Part shown: piece by piece, positions 25,215-38,522 of the stretch
Layout: each line of letters starts with the position of its first letter
How positions within the stretch are numbered: position 1 is the first letter of the stretch
NCBI GenBank assembly: GCA_040285825.1
Contig: JAUPSS010000005.1
Span: 806,001 to 870,000, forward strand
Reading direction: 5' to 3'
DNA: 64,000 nucleotides
Origin: Eukaryota sp. TZLM1-RC
Lineage: Eukaryota; Protista; Metamonada: BaSk clade
Translations under genes and position numbers: made by a program
The notes under the pieces: model-generated
Databases searched by the model: none
Told to the model about the DNA's origin: nothing
Seen by the model: only the letters and a program-made list of their open reading frames with translations

Positions 25215-26264
25215 GTTTTTTCTTTTGAAAATTTGTTATGCTGGAAAAATTACTCATTTACTGCGATCATTACCTCCATCCCTAACTTACAATTTTTGTA
25301 GACAATTTAACAAAATACGTACCCAATTTTTGGCTTATTTAATGTCAGTTGATCCATCAATTTTGAAAAATCATATTTTTTCTGATGTTCAACTTGGCGG
25401 TGTTGGATTCAATTCATCAAAATATTTGACCAAAGCTGCATTTATTGGTGGTGGAAAAAATTTTGTATTTGAATTCTCTAGAAGATATCCTTTTGCCGAA
25501 AATCTTCTTGAAAATACAAATAGCATATTCCTGGATAACTTAAGAGAAGAAATATCCAGTTTATCTCCCGACTTATGGCAATCATGTTTCCCCATATCCA
25601 TTCAAGAAATTCCAGACAGAAGTTTATATTCATTGAAATTTGCGTTGAAAAAGCTCCAACGACATCTTTTGAAAAATTTTGAAAACAAGGATTTTATTGT
25701 TCGACTTAGCACGGCTAAGAAAGAAAAATCCTGCTTTTGCCAATTTTTGATTGATTTGAAGGACAGTTCATCTGCAGTTTTGATAAATCAAATTCCCCAG
25801 ATTTATGGTCTATTTTTGAATGACGACCAATGGACCACTGCTATGAGAATGCGTTGTTATTTATGGCCTTGTAATTTGCCCAATGATTTGTTTTGTAAAT
25901 GTGGAGCTGGTTTGACATTATCACATTTATTTAATTGTAATAGATATATTTCCTATCGTTCTACGTTGCATGATGCAGTCAGAGATCAAATCCATGCAAT
26001 GTGTAATTCCTATCATATTGAATCTTTTGTAGAACCTTTGTTGAGGTCTCTTGATATAAATGAAAGCGTAAGAGATTCAGAATATGGAAAACGACGTGCT
26101 GATGTTGTTGTGCCCTCGTTTGATGATGTCATGAATTTTGTTGATGTCGTAACAGTGGATGTGTGCAAGAAAAATGCCTTGAAAAATGCTCAATCCGAAG
26201 TATCCCCCCTTGATGACTCCGAATTGTACAAACGGAAAAAGTATGCAAATCCTTTAAAAGAATT
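25215..26264 (+). mobile_element. Family B internal fragment, preceded by a ~70-bp antisense A piece (25143-25215)
   Basis: ORF 25225-26373 runs from KICYAGK to NPLKE. Confidence 0.9.
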
Positions 26265-29221
26265 TTTTTTTCAAACAGATTTGACAACAAAGGTTCCAAG
26301 AAGGATTCAATTCTATGAGATTTACACATACAATATAACTGGTCTCTTACAGCATCATGAACCTTGCTTCTAAAAGTAATAAAATGTTTACAATTTAACA
26401 AATGAGTAGTTGTAATTTCTCGAGAACATTTACAAATTAAATTATGAGGTAAATTATCAGGCCAGATAAAGGAACGAACTCTCATATTCAGAGTCCAAGC
26501 AGAATCGGATAAGAGAGTACCATAAACTTGTGGAATTGTTGTTACTAAGGCAGAAGAAGTACTGTCACACATATCTTGTAAAAAGATTTGCAAAAGCGGG
26601 ATTCTTTTTCTTGGCCAAGCCAAGTCTAACATCAAAATCCAAGCTTTCAAAAATCTTTGACAATTTTTGTTGAAGCTTTTTACAGCAAAACTGTAAATTA
26701 AATAGAGATCGGTTTGGAATTTCTTGAATTGATTGAGGAAAACATTTGGTCCAAATTTGTGGCGGTAATTTTTCAAGTTCACAAGATAACTCATACAAAT
26801 AGGGACTACAATTGGGGACTAACAGATGAGAATCATCAGGAAATCTACGAGAAAATTCATAAATAAAATTTTGCCACCACCCAAGAATGCTGATTGACAC
26901 AAAATTGAAGATTTAGTAAATCCAATACCACCCAAATTTGCTGAAGAAAATAAATGGCTTTTCAACATTCCTGGATCTACATCCAATAAATCAGCAAAAA
27001 ATTCTGTTCTCAATGAATTAAAAGAACGACAAAAATCTAATGCTATGGAAGGAGCACAAGATCTCAAAATGTGGGTTATTCTCCCAGTGTAGCAAATTTT
27101 AAGCATGAAAAATTTAATATGCTTTTCTATATCTAAAGAAGAAATTGAATCAAGTTCAATTTTCATTATTTCCAAAATAACTTGCAATTCATTCTGAATT
27201 TGAGGCACATTTCCTAACCAACAACCAAGGAACTTAAAAGCATCACTACTGTAATTAGTAAAAGGGACAATAGAATCGTTTATCACGAGGTCTTGAGCAG
27301 AAGAGCCAATCAGAAGGCATTTGCTGGCATTAAGATGAAGCCCAATATTTTCATATGAATCGGCAATTTTTTGAGCAACCAATTCTAGTAAATCAAATGA
27401 ACCAATCAAGGATATATCATCCATATAAGCAACTATTTTTATAGAAGGGTATTTTTGCTTAATGATATTTAAAGTTTTGTGAATAGCCAAACAAAACAAT
27501 AATGGACCTAAAGGGTCACCTTGCTTCACACCAGAAGATGATTTAAGAGCAAATGAATTAAAAATCAAATCTGATTCTTTACCATAAAAATGGTAGAAAA
27601 AAACTCGATAGCTCAGGAAAATCAGATTTAATAACTTCAAAAATTGCTTCTCGCTTTACAGAATTAAAAAGCATTTTTAAAGTCGAGATTAAAAATAAAA
27701 TTATTTTCCTCTGCATTAAAAAAGGTATCAGAGGCAATAGCAGCAACAGAAGCACCATCAATTGTTTTGATTCCAAATTGATGAGGATTCAAAAATGTAG
27801 AAGCTTTGTCTTTGACACGATCGAAGACAATTGATGCTAGCAAACGAGAAAGAGATTCACCAACAGCAATTGGGCGTATTCCATCAGGTTTGATTCCGTT
27901 TCCAGGCTTTACTAAAGCAATCAGACGTGCTGCGAGTAATTCAAATGGAGGATTAATTTTCAAAACAATCAATTGTTGAAAATAGTGGGCTAGATCATCA
28001 GCAATTTCGGGAGCACTGGAACACGCTATTTTTAACAGATCAAAAGAAATTCCAGATGGGCCTGCTGTTTTCCCTTTTTTGCAATTTTTGAATAGCTTTA
28101 AGAACTTCAATTGCGGTAATAGGATTTTCAATCCAACAAGGACACACTTCAGGCTTGCTGCACTTGAAATTTTCTTGAGGATGCAACTTTTGAAGTTTTT
28201 CAAGGGTATCAGAGTTTGCATCAGCCAAAGAAGAGGAAAACAAAGACTGCTTTGCGGCACCATAACGACCACGTAAGCACAATTTACGGCAAATTTTTGA
28301 TTTTACAATTTTTCTATTTCCAAATTTTTTCTTAAAACAATTTTTGTTTTTTCTAGCAAAATATTTCCAGAAGGATGAAATATTCCACTTATTATTTTTC
28401 AATTCAGAAGTAAAATTTCTCATTTCCATTGAGAAGGGGATTGTGCTGGCGGGACTTATTTCTACTGGGATCCGGACCGGGGGTCTTACGGTATCAACGG
28501 CGTTACAATTCGTACAAAACAAAAGTTTTCGACCATTTCGTGAATCTGCAACATCTTTTTTGCAAAATGGACAACAAAAATTACTGTTTTCAGAAGGGGA
28601 AGAAGAGGGAACACTGGAAGCATTTAACTGTTGATCGTCAGAAACATTATGTTCAGCACCTTTCACAACGGCAACAGCTGGAACAGAACATTTGAGAATT
28701 TGTTGAGCAGATTTTAATTCAAATTCTCTTTTTTGTTTCTCAGGGCACGTTCTCGAATTATGACCACTGATACCACAAATCGAACATTTTTTAGAACCTT
28801 TTAATGGCAGTGGTTTCATTTTTTCAGTTCTTTCAATTTTGTCAATTTTTGAGTTAAAAGTAGAAATAGACTTTTGACTTTTTGCAGTTTCAGCTGGAGA
28901 AAACAAATTTCGAGAAACGGAGTTGTTAATAGAACGCGCAGCAGAACGCAAGGAACGTAATGGTGGTTTTTCTGTGTTTTTTCTGGTACAATGATCAGTT
29001 TTTGAATGAAAATTTTTTTGAGATGAATTTCGAGCATAGCTTGTATTGTGGGGAGAATGGGGAAGTGGAGTGGATGAGCTTGATCTGACTGGTAGAATCT
29101 TTGCTTGGGCGTTCCAATCAGTATCAGAGTCACTATCAGCCAAAGGCATCGTTTTGACAGAGAAACAGTACGATTTTGACGCTTTGACAGAAAGTGAAAT
29201 ATGAAAGGGTTGACTAAGGGG
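26265..29221 (-). mobile_element. Family A with nearly complete 5' end and an oligo(A) at an internal position (no RLE core)
   Basis: ATG at 29149. The sense strand ends ...atctgtttga-A(n) just before the RGD motif. Confidence 0.9.
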
Positions 29222-30861
29222 TTTTAATCTGGATTCTTTATCAGGAGTTAAACAAGGAGACCCTTTAGGTCCTTTCTTTTTTTGTCTTGCAATTCACCCA
29301 ATTTTGAAAAAATTAAAAGAAGAAAATTCTGACCTTCAAGTGGTAGCTTACATGGATGACATTTCTTGTATTGGTCCAGAAAGTACAATTAATAGGGTTG
29401 CTAATGAAGCTGCTACATTATACCAATCCATAGGTCTTGATTTGAATGTTCAAAAATGTTTTTGTATTTCTAGAAAAAATGTTAAGTTAATAATTAATTC
29501 CCTCGAAGTTCCATATATTGATTATACTTCAACTAGTTTCTGCTTTCTGGGTTGCTATTTAGGTTCCGCCGAAAAGACACTTGACAGCCTTGAAAATTAT
29601 TTAAATTCAATTAAAAAAGAGCTAGAAGTCATAAAGACTTTTTTTTTGTATAATATTTTTATTCAACAACAAATATGAAATACACAATTAAAACTCCACA
29701 TCCTCAAAACCTGCCTCCCCTACATCAAAACAATTAATCGCTAAAGATTCAGAAAATTTCCCAAAAGAAGATAGTGAATCAGAAATTAGTGTTTCCATTC
29801 CCTTAAAAATAGAAAATACAATCCTGTTTTGCCAGTAAACACGATTGAAAATTCTTCCAGTTCTTTCCTTTACAACTACAACAAAATCCTCAAGGAAAGC
29901 CATAGCAGCCTTACCTAGAGATCCAAGCAAAGAAATACAAATGGACATAAATTATATTGGGCATAAGAATTTTCATTAACCGAGGAAATGGGTTTCGCAT
30001 ATTTAGCAATTTTATATTTTTCGCCTGCAAGAAGAGGATTATTTACATCCGAGTTAATGAAATGTTCGTTAGAGGAATTACAAGGGTCAATAGACATGGC
30101 GTCCAAAATAGTAAAACTACCATTTAAACCGGGAACAACTAGATCACCTCTAGTAAAACCCATAGAAGCTCTGTTGTAACGCGTACTATCAATATTGGGA
30201 TCATCAAGAATTAATTTTGATAACAGCGGTTCTAAAAAGGAATCTACACGATATGATTTGCACATTACATAAATTTGGTCCCTGACGTTATTATGCACTT
30301 TGCTTCTATACGTAATGAAATGTTTACAGTTCAAAAGATGAGTAAACAAAAGAGGTTTACCACATTTACAAGTTAAATGATTTTGCAAATTGTTTGGCCA
30401 CAGAAAACAACGAAAACGCATGTTTAAAAGCCATTCATTGTCTTTTAGCAAAAGTCCATAAACAGAGGGAACTTGAGTTACTAAAGCAGCAGCAGAACTA
30501 TCACGAATATCCTTTAAAAAATTACCGAAAGCGGGATTTTTAGTTTTGGCCAAGCCAAGTCTTACTTCATAATCCAAGCCTTCATATAATTTAACCAGAT
30601 GGTGCTGAAGCTTTTTCAAGCAAAAACGTAAATTTGGAAGTGATCGAGTGGGAATTTCTTGAACGTTTTGAGGAAAACACTGAATCCAGATATCACTAGG
30701 CAAATTTTCTAATTCAAATTGCAGTTGATTCAAGTAAAAATTTGATTCACCATTGATCAGATGAACATCAAAAGGGAACCTTTGGAAAAATTCAAAAACA
30801 AAATTTTTACCGCCTCCCAAAAATCCCAAAAACCTCCCAAAGTCATAAAGACTCTTGAATT
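29222..30861 (+). mobile_element. Family B RT fragment split by E
   Basis: Encodes QGDPLG and YMDD. Same end points as 38063-38487. Confidence 0.9.
29640..30839 (-). mobile_element. Family E, 5'-truncated
   Basis: Ends GFEDVEF. TSD aagtcataaagact at 29626-29639 and 30840-30853. Confidence 0.95.
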
Positions 30862-31939
30862 TTTTTTTAAAATTTAATTTTATTCTAAACCTATAAATCA
30901 ACATCTAAAAAATCCATCTCTCCCAAAACAAAAACACTAGATGCAACTCTCTCATAGTGAGATCCAAGAGAAAGCAAAGCATCAGAAACCATCTTCAACA
31001 TCCCCTTAAAAATAGAAAACACAATTCTATTTTGCCAAAACAATCTGTTGAAATTTCTGCCAGTTCTTCTCTTTACAAATTCTATGGGTCTGACTAGAGG
31101 TGATCTAGTTGTTCCTGGTTTAAATGGTAGTTTTACTATTTTGGACGCCATGTCTATTGACCCTTGTAATTCCTCTAACGAACATTTCATTAACTCGGAT
31201 GTAAATAATCCTCTTCTTGCAGGCGAAAAATATAAAATTGCTAAATATGCGAAACCCATTTCCTCGGTTAATGAAAATTCTCATACCCAATATAATTTAT
31301 GTCCATTTGTTTTTTCTTTGCTTGGATCTCTAGGTAAGGCTGCTATGGCTTTCCTTGAGGATTTTGTTGTAGTTGTAAAGGAAAGAACTGGAAGAATTTT
31401 CAATCGTGTTTACTGGCAAAACAGGATTGTATTTTCTATTTTTAAGGGAATGGTAACACTAATTTCTGATTCACTATCTTCTTTTGGGAAATTTTCTGAA
31501 TCTTTGGCGATTAATTGTTTTGATGTAGGGGAGGCAGGTTTTGAGGATGTGGAGTTTTAATTGTGTATTTCATATTTGTTGTTGAATAAAAATAATATAC
31601 TCTAAAAAAAATCTCTTTACAATCATTTCAAAATCATCCAAAAAACGTAAAGCAGTTGGTGCAAGTGAACCAAAAAGGGAAAATACAAATGGATACAAAT
31701 TGTATTTTGCATGCTGTAGACTGGCCAATTTGGACAAAGGTTCATTGTATTTTTTGAATTTAAAATTTTCAGCATTTGAAAGGGGATTATGAATTTCAGA
31801 ATTAACAAGCCTTTCATTTGAGGCATTACAAGGATCAACAGACATTACATCCAATAAAATGAAGCTTCCATCTAATCCAGGTAATATAACATCACCTTTA
31901 TTGTTCTTATGAAAATCATTTTCAGCATCAAACAGATTT
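30862..31939 (-). mobile_element. Family A 3' fragment split by E
   Basis: DVDL end with tail at ~30862, resuming at 31612. Confidence 0.9.
31079..31611 (+). mobile_element. Family E 3' fragment inserted in A
   Basis: RGDLVVP...FEDVEF. TSD tctctttacaa at 31068-31078 and 31612-31622. Confidence 0.95.
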
Positions 31940-32953
31940 TTTTATTATACTTTTAATTTATTTTCAAAACCACAGTCTAAAAGTCAATATCTTCAAAACA
32001 AGCTTCCACAGCATCAAACCTTACAGCAGCAATGTTTTCATAATGTGCACTGACAGACATTAAAGCTTTCGAAATCATTTTAGGAATTGATTTGAAAATA
32101 GTAAAAACAATACGATTTAGCCACAAGCGACGATCAAAACGCTTATTCATTCTTTTTTTCACAAGATTTTCAAAATCATCAATAAAATTCAAAGCAGTTT
32201 TTCCAAGACGACCATACAACGATATAGCAAATGGGCAAATTTGGCAATCTACATGGCAAACATGCTTCAATTCTTTTAAAGGATTTGCATACTTTTTCCG
32301 TTTGTACAATTCGGAGTCATCAAGGGGGGATACTTCGGATTGAGCATTTTTCAAGGCATTTTTCTTGCATACATCCACTGTTACGACATCAACAACATTC
32401 ATCACATCATCAAACGGGGGCACAACAACATCAGCACGTCGTTTTCCATATTCTGAATCTCTTACGCTTTCATTTATATCAAGAGACCTCAACAAAGGTT
32501 CTACAAAAGATTCAATATGATAGGAATAACACATTGCATGGATTTGATCTCTGACTGCATCATGCAACGTAGAACGATAGGAAATGTATCTATTACAATT
32601 AAATAAATGTGATAATGTCAAACCAGCTCCACATTTACAAAACAAATCATTGGGCAAATTACAAGGCCATAAATAACAACGCATTCTCATAGCAGTGGTC
32701 CATTGGTCGTCATTCAAAAATAGACCATAAATCTGGGGAATTTGATTTATCAAAACTGCAGATGAACTGTCCTTCAAATCAATCAAAAAATTTGCAAAAA
32801 CAGGATTTTCTTTCTTAGCCGTGCTAAGTCGAACAATAAAATCCTTGTTTTCAAAATTTTTCAAAAGATGTCGTTGGAGCTTTTTCAACGCAAATTTTAA
32901 TGAATATAAACTTCTGTCTGGAATTTCTTGAATGGATATGGGGAAACATGATT
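31940..32953 (-). mobile_element. Family B 3' portion
   Basis: ORF 31977-32888. Private SNPs (CYSYH, VPPF, VCHV, DAVE) are shared with 42293-46662. Confidence 0.9.
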
Positions 32954-33446
32954 TTTTTCCTGAACTCGAAACCTTTTTTTATAGGTTTTATGGTAATTCA
33001 TCTGATTTAATTTTTAATTCTTTTAATCTGGATTCTTTATCAGGAGTTAAACAAGGAGACCCTTTAGGTCCTTTCTTTTTTTGTCTTGCAATTCACCCAA
33101 TTTTGAAAAAATTAAAAGAAGAAAATTCTGACCTTCAAGTGGTAGCTTACATGGATGACATTTCTTGTATTGGTCCAGAAAGTACAATTAATAGGGTTGC
33201 TAATGAAGCTGCTACATTATACCAATCCATAGGTTTTGATTTGAATGTTCAAAAATGTTTTTGTATTTCTAGAAAAAATGTTAAGTTAATAATTAATTCC
33301 CTCGAAGTTCCAATTATTGATTATACTTCAACTAGTTTCTGCTTTCTGGGTTGCTATTTAGGTTCCGCCGAAAAGACACTTGACAGCCTTGAAAATTATT
33401 TAAATTCAATTAAAAAAGAGCTAGAAGTCATAAAGACTCTTGAATT
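32954..33446 (+). mobile_element. Family B RT fragment
   Basis: Starts ttttcctgaactcg. It is either the resumption of the B broken at 21335 or the inverted part of a 5'-inverted B. Confidence 0.85.
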
Positions 33447-34454
33447 TTTTTTTAAATTTAATTTTATTCTAAACCTATAAATCAACATCTAAAAAATCCA
33501 TCTCTCCCAAAACAAAAACACTAGATGCAACTCTCTCATAGTGAGATCCAAGAGAAAGCAAAGCATCAGAAACCATCTTCAACATCCCCTTAAAAATAGA
33601 AAACACAATTCTATTTTGCCAAAACAATCTGTTGAAATTTCTGCCAGTTCTTCTCTTTACAATCATTTCAAAATCATCCAAAAAACGTAAAGCAGTTGGT
33701 GCAAGTGAACCAAAAAGGGAAAATACAAATGGATACAAATTGTATTTTGCATGCTGTAGACTGGCCAATTTGGACAAAGGTTCATTGTATTTTTTGAATT
33801 TAAAATTTTCAGCATTTGAAAGGGGATTATGAATTTCAGAATTAACAAGCCTTTCATTTGAGGCATTACAAGGATCAACAGACATTACATCCAATAAAAT
33901 GAAGCTTCCATCTAATCCAGGTAATATGACATCACCTCTATTATTCTTATGAAAATCATTTTCAGCATCAAACAGATTTGACAACAAAGGTTCCAAGAAG
34001 GATTCAATTCTATGAGATTTACACATACAATATAACTGGTCTCTTACAGCATCATGAACCTTGCTTCTAAAAGTAATAAAATGTTTACAATTTAACAAAT
34101 GAGTAGTTGTAATTTCTCGAGAACATTTACAAATTAAATTATGAGGTAAATTATCAGGCCAGATAAAGAAACGAAATCTCATATTCAGAGTCCAAGCAGA
34201 ATCGGATAAGAGAGTACCATAAACTTGTGGAATTGTTGTTACTAAGGCAGAAGAAGTACTGTCACACATATCTTGTAAAAGATTTGCAAAAGCGGGATTC
34301 TTTTTCTTGGCCAAGCCAAGTCTAACATCAAAATCCAAGCTTTCAAAAATCTTTGACAATTTTTGTTGAAGCTTTTTACAGCAAAACTGTAAATTAAATA
34401 GAGATCGGTTTGGAATTTCTTGGATTGATTGAGGAAAACATTTGGTCCAAATTT
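33447..34454 (-). mobile_element. Family A 3' portion
   Basis: ORF 33475-34497 covers the RLE through DVDL. Confidence 0.9.
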
Positions 34455-37400
34455 TTTTTAATAACTTTAATTTTATTCTAAACCTATAAATCAACATCTA
34501 AAAAATCCATCTCTCCCAAAACAAAAACACTAGATGCAACTCTCTCATAGTGAGATCCAAGAGAAAGCAAAGCATCGGAAACCATCTTCAACATCCCCTC
34601 AAAAATAGAAAACACAATTCTATTTTGCCAAAACAATCTGTTGAAATTTCTGCTAGTTCTTCTCTTTACAATCATTTCAAAATCATCCAAAAAACGTAAA
34701 GCAGTTGGTGCAAGTGAACCAAAAAGGGAAAATACAAATGGATACAAATTGTATTTTGCATGCTGTAGACTGGCCAATTTGGCCAAAGGTTCATTGTATT
34801 TTTTGAATTTAAAATTTTCAGTATTTGAAAGGGGATTATGAATTTCAGAATTAACAAGCCTTTCATTTGAGGCATTACAAGGATCAACAGACATTACATC
34901 CAATAAAATGAAGCTTCCATCTAATCCAGGTAATATGACATCACCTCTATTATTCTTATGAAAATCATTTTCAGCATCAAACAGATTTGACAACAAAGGT
35001 TCCAAGAAGGATTCAATTCTATGAGATTTACACATACAATATAACTGGTCTCTTACAGCATCATGAACCTTGCTTCTAAAAGTAATAAAATGTTTACAAT
35101 TTAACAAATGAGTAGTTGTAATTTCTCGAGAACATTTACAAATTAAATTATGAGGTAAATTATCAGGCCAGATAAAGAAACGAAATCTCATATTCAGAGT
35201 CCAAGCAGAATCGGATAAGAGAGTACCATAAACTTGTGGAATTGTTGTTACTAAGGCAGAAGAAGTACTGTCACACATATCTTGTAAAAGATTTGCAAAA
35301 GCGGGATTCTTTTTCTTGGCCAAGCCAAGTCTAACATCAAAATCCAAGCTTTCAAAAATCTTTGACAATTTTTGTTGAAGCTTTTTACAGCAAAACTGTA
35401 AATTAAATAGAGATCGGTTTGGAATTTCTTGGATTGATTGAGGAAAACATTTGGTCCAAATTTGTGGCGGTAATTTTTCAAGTTCACAAGATAACTCATA
35501 CAAATAGGGACTACAATTGGGGACTAACAGATGAGAATCATCAGGAAATCTACGAGAAAATTCATAAATAAAATTTTTGCCACCACCCAAGAATGCTGAT
35601 TGACACAAAATTGAAGATTTAGTAAAACCAATACCACCCAAATTTGCTGAAGAAAATAAATGGCTTTTCAACATTCCTGGTTCTACATCCAATAAATCAG
35701 CAAAAAATTCTGTTCTCAATGAATTAAAAGAACGACAAAAGTCTAATGCTATGGAAGGAGCACAAGATCTCAAAATGTGGGTTATTCTCCCAGTGTAGCA
35801 AATTTTAAATTTCAACATTCCTGGTTCTACATCCAATAAATCAGCAAAAAATTCTGTTCTCAATGAATTAAAAGAACGACAAAAATCTAATGCTATGGAA
35901 GGAGCACAAGATCTCAAAATGTGGGTTATTCTCCCAGTGTAGCAAATTTTAAGCATAAAAAATTTAATATGCTTTTCCATATCTAAAGAAGAAATTGAAT
36001 CAAGTTCAATTTTCATTATTTCCAAAATAACTTGCAATTCATTCTGAATTTGAGGCACATTTCCTTAAACCAAGGAACTTAAAAGCATCACTACTGTAAT
36101 TAGTAAAAGGGACAATAGAATCGTTTATCACGAGGTCTTGAGCAGAAGAGCCAATCAGAAGGCATTTGCTGGCATTAAGATGAAGCCCAATATTTTCATA
36201 TGAATCGGCAATTTCGTGAGCAACCAATTCTAGTAAATCAAATGAACCAATCAAGGATATATCATCCATATAAGCAACTATTTTTATAGAAGGGTATTTT
36301 TGCTTAATGATATTTAAAGTTTTGTGAATAGCTAAACAAAACAATAATGGGCCTAAAGGATCTCCCTGCTTCACTCCAGAAGATGATTTAAGACCAAATG
36401 AATTAAAAATTAAATCTGATTCTTTCCCATAAAAATGGTAGAAAAAACTCGATAGCTCAGGAAAATCAGATTTAATAACTTCAAAAATTGCTTCTCGCTT
36501 TACAGAATTAAAAGCATTTTTAAAGTCGAGATTAAAAATAAAATTATTTTCCTCTGCATTAAAAAAGGTATCAGAGGCAATAGCAGCAACAGAAGCACCA
36601 TCAATTGTTTTGATTCCAAATTGATGAGGATTCAAAAATGTAGAAGCTTTGTCTTTGACACGATCGAAGACAATTGATGCTAGCAAACGAGAAAGAGATT
36701 CACCAACAGCAATTGGGCGTATTCCATCAGGTTTAATTCCGTTTCCAGGCTTTACTAAAGCAATCAGACGTGCTGCGAGTAATTCAAATGGAGGATTAAT
36801 TTTCAAAACAATCAATTGTTGAAAATAGTGGGCTAGATCATCAGCAATTTCGGGAGCACTGGAACACGCTATTTTTAACAGATCAAAAGAAATTCCAGAT
36901 GGGCCTGCTGCTTTCCCCTTTGGCAATTTTTGAATAGCTTTAAGAACTTCAATTGCGGTAATAGGATTTTCAATCCAAAAAGGACACACTTCAGGCTTGC
37001 TGCACTTGAAATTTTCTTGAGGATGCAACTTTTGAAGTTTTTCAAGGGTATCAGAGTTTGCATCAGCCAAAGAAGAGGAAAACAAAGACTGCTTTGCGGC
37101 ACCATAACGACCACGTAAGCACAATTTACGGCAAATTTTTGATTTTACAATTTTTCTATTTCCAAATTTTTTCTTAACACAATTTTTGTTTTTTCTAGCA
37201 AAATATTTCCAGAAGGATGAAATATTCCACTTATTATTTTTCAATTCAGAAGTAAAATTTCTCATTTCCATTGAGAAGGGGATTGTGCTGGCGGGACTTA
37301 TTTCTACTGGGATCCGGACCGGGGGTCTTACGGTATCAACGGCTTTACAATTCGTACAAAACAGAAGTTTTCGACCATTTCGTGAATCTGCAACATCTTT

Positions 37401-38062
37401 TTTGCAAAATGGACAACAAAAATTACTGTTTTCAGAAGGGGAAGAAGAGGGAACACTAGAAGCATTTAACTGTTGATCGTCAGAAACATTATGTTCAGCA
37501 CCTTTCACAACGGCAACAGCTGGAACAGAACATTTGAGAATTTGTTGAGCAGATTTTAATTCAAATTCTCTTTTTTGTTTCTCAGGGCACGTTCTCGAAT
37601 TATGACCACTGATACCACAAATCGAACATTTTTTAGAACCTTTTAATGGCAGTGGTTTCATTTTTTCAGTTCTTTCAATTTTGTCAATTTTTGAGTTAAA
37701 AGTAGAAATAGACTTTTGACTTTTTGCAGTTTCAGCTGGAGAAAACAAATTTCGAGAAACGGAGTTGTTAACAGAACGCGCAGCAGAACGCAAGGAACGT
37801 AATGGTGGTTTTTCTGTGTTTTTTCTGGTACAATGATCAGTTTTTGAATGAAAATTTTTTTGAGATGAATTTCGAGCATAGCTTGTATTGTGGGGAGAAT
37901 GGGGAAGTGGAGTGGATGAGCTTGATCTGACTGGTAGAATCTTTGCTTGGGCGTTCCAATCAGTATCAGAGTCACCATCAGCCAAAGGCATCGTTTTGAC
38001 AGAGAAACAGTACGACTTTGACGCTTTGACAGAAAGTGAAATATGAAAGGGTTGACTAAGGG
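34455..38062 (-). mobile_element. Near full-length family A with a 144-bp internal duplication
   Basis: ORFs 36039-37991 and 34484-36058. The 5' junction matches the one at 29221. Confidence 0.9.
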
Positions 38063-38487
38063 GTTTTAATCTGGATTCTTTATCAGGAGTTAAACAAGGA
38101 GACCCTTTAGGTCCTTTCTTTTTTTGTCTTGCAATTCACCCAATTTTGAAAAAATTAAAAGAAGAAAATTCTGACCTTCAAGTGGTAGCTTACATGGATG
38201 ACATTTCTTGTATTGGTCCAGAAAGTACAATTAATAGGGTTGCTAATGAAGCTGCTACATTATACCAATCCATAGGTCTTGATTTGAATGTTCAAAAATG
38301 TTTTTGTATTTCTAGAAAAATGTTAAGTTAATAATTAATTCCCTCGAAGTTCCATATATTGATTATACTTCAACTAGTTTCTGCTTTCTGGGTTGCTATT
38401 TAGGTTCCGCCGAAAAGACACTTGACAGCCTTGAAAATTATTTAAATTCAATTAAAAAGAGCTAGAAGTCATAAAGACTCTTGAATT
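38063..38487 (+). mobile_element. Family B RT fragment
   Basis: Uninterrupted duplicate of 29222-30861. Confidence 0.9.
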
Positions 38488-38522
38488 TTTTTAAAATTTA
38501 ATTTTATTCTAAACCTATAAAT

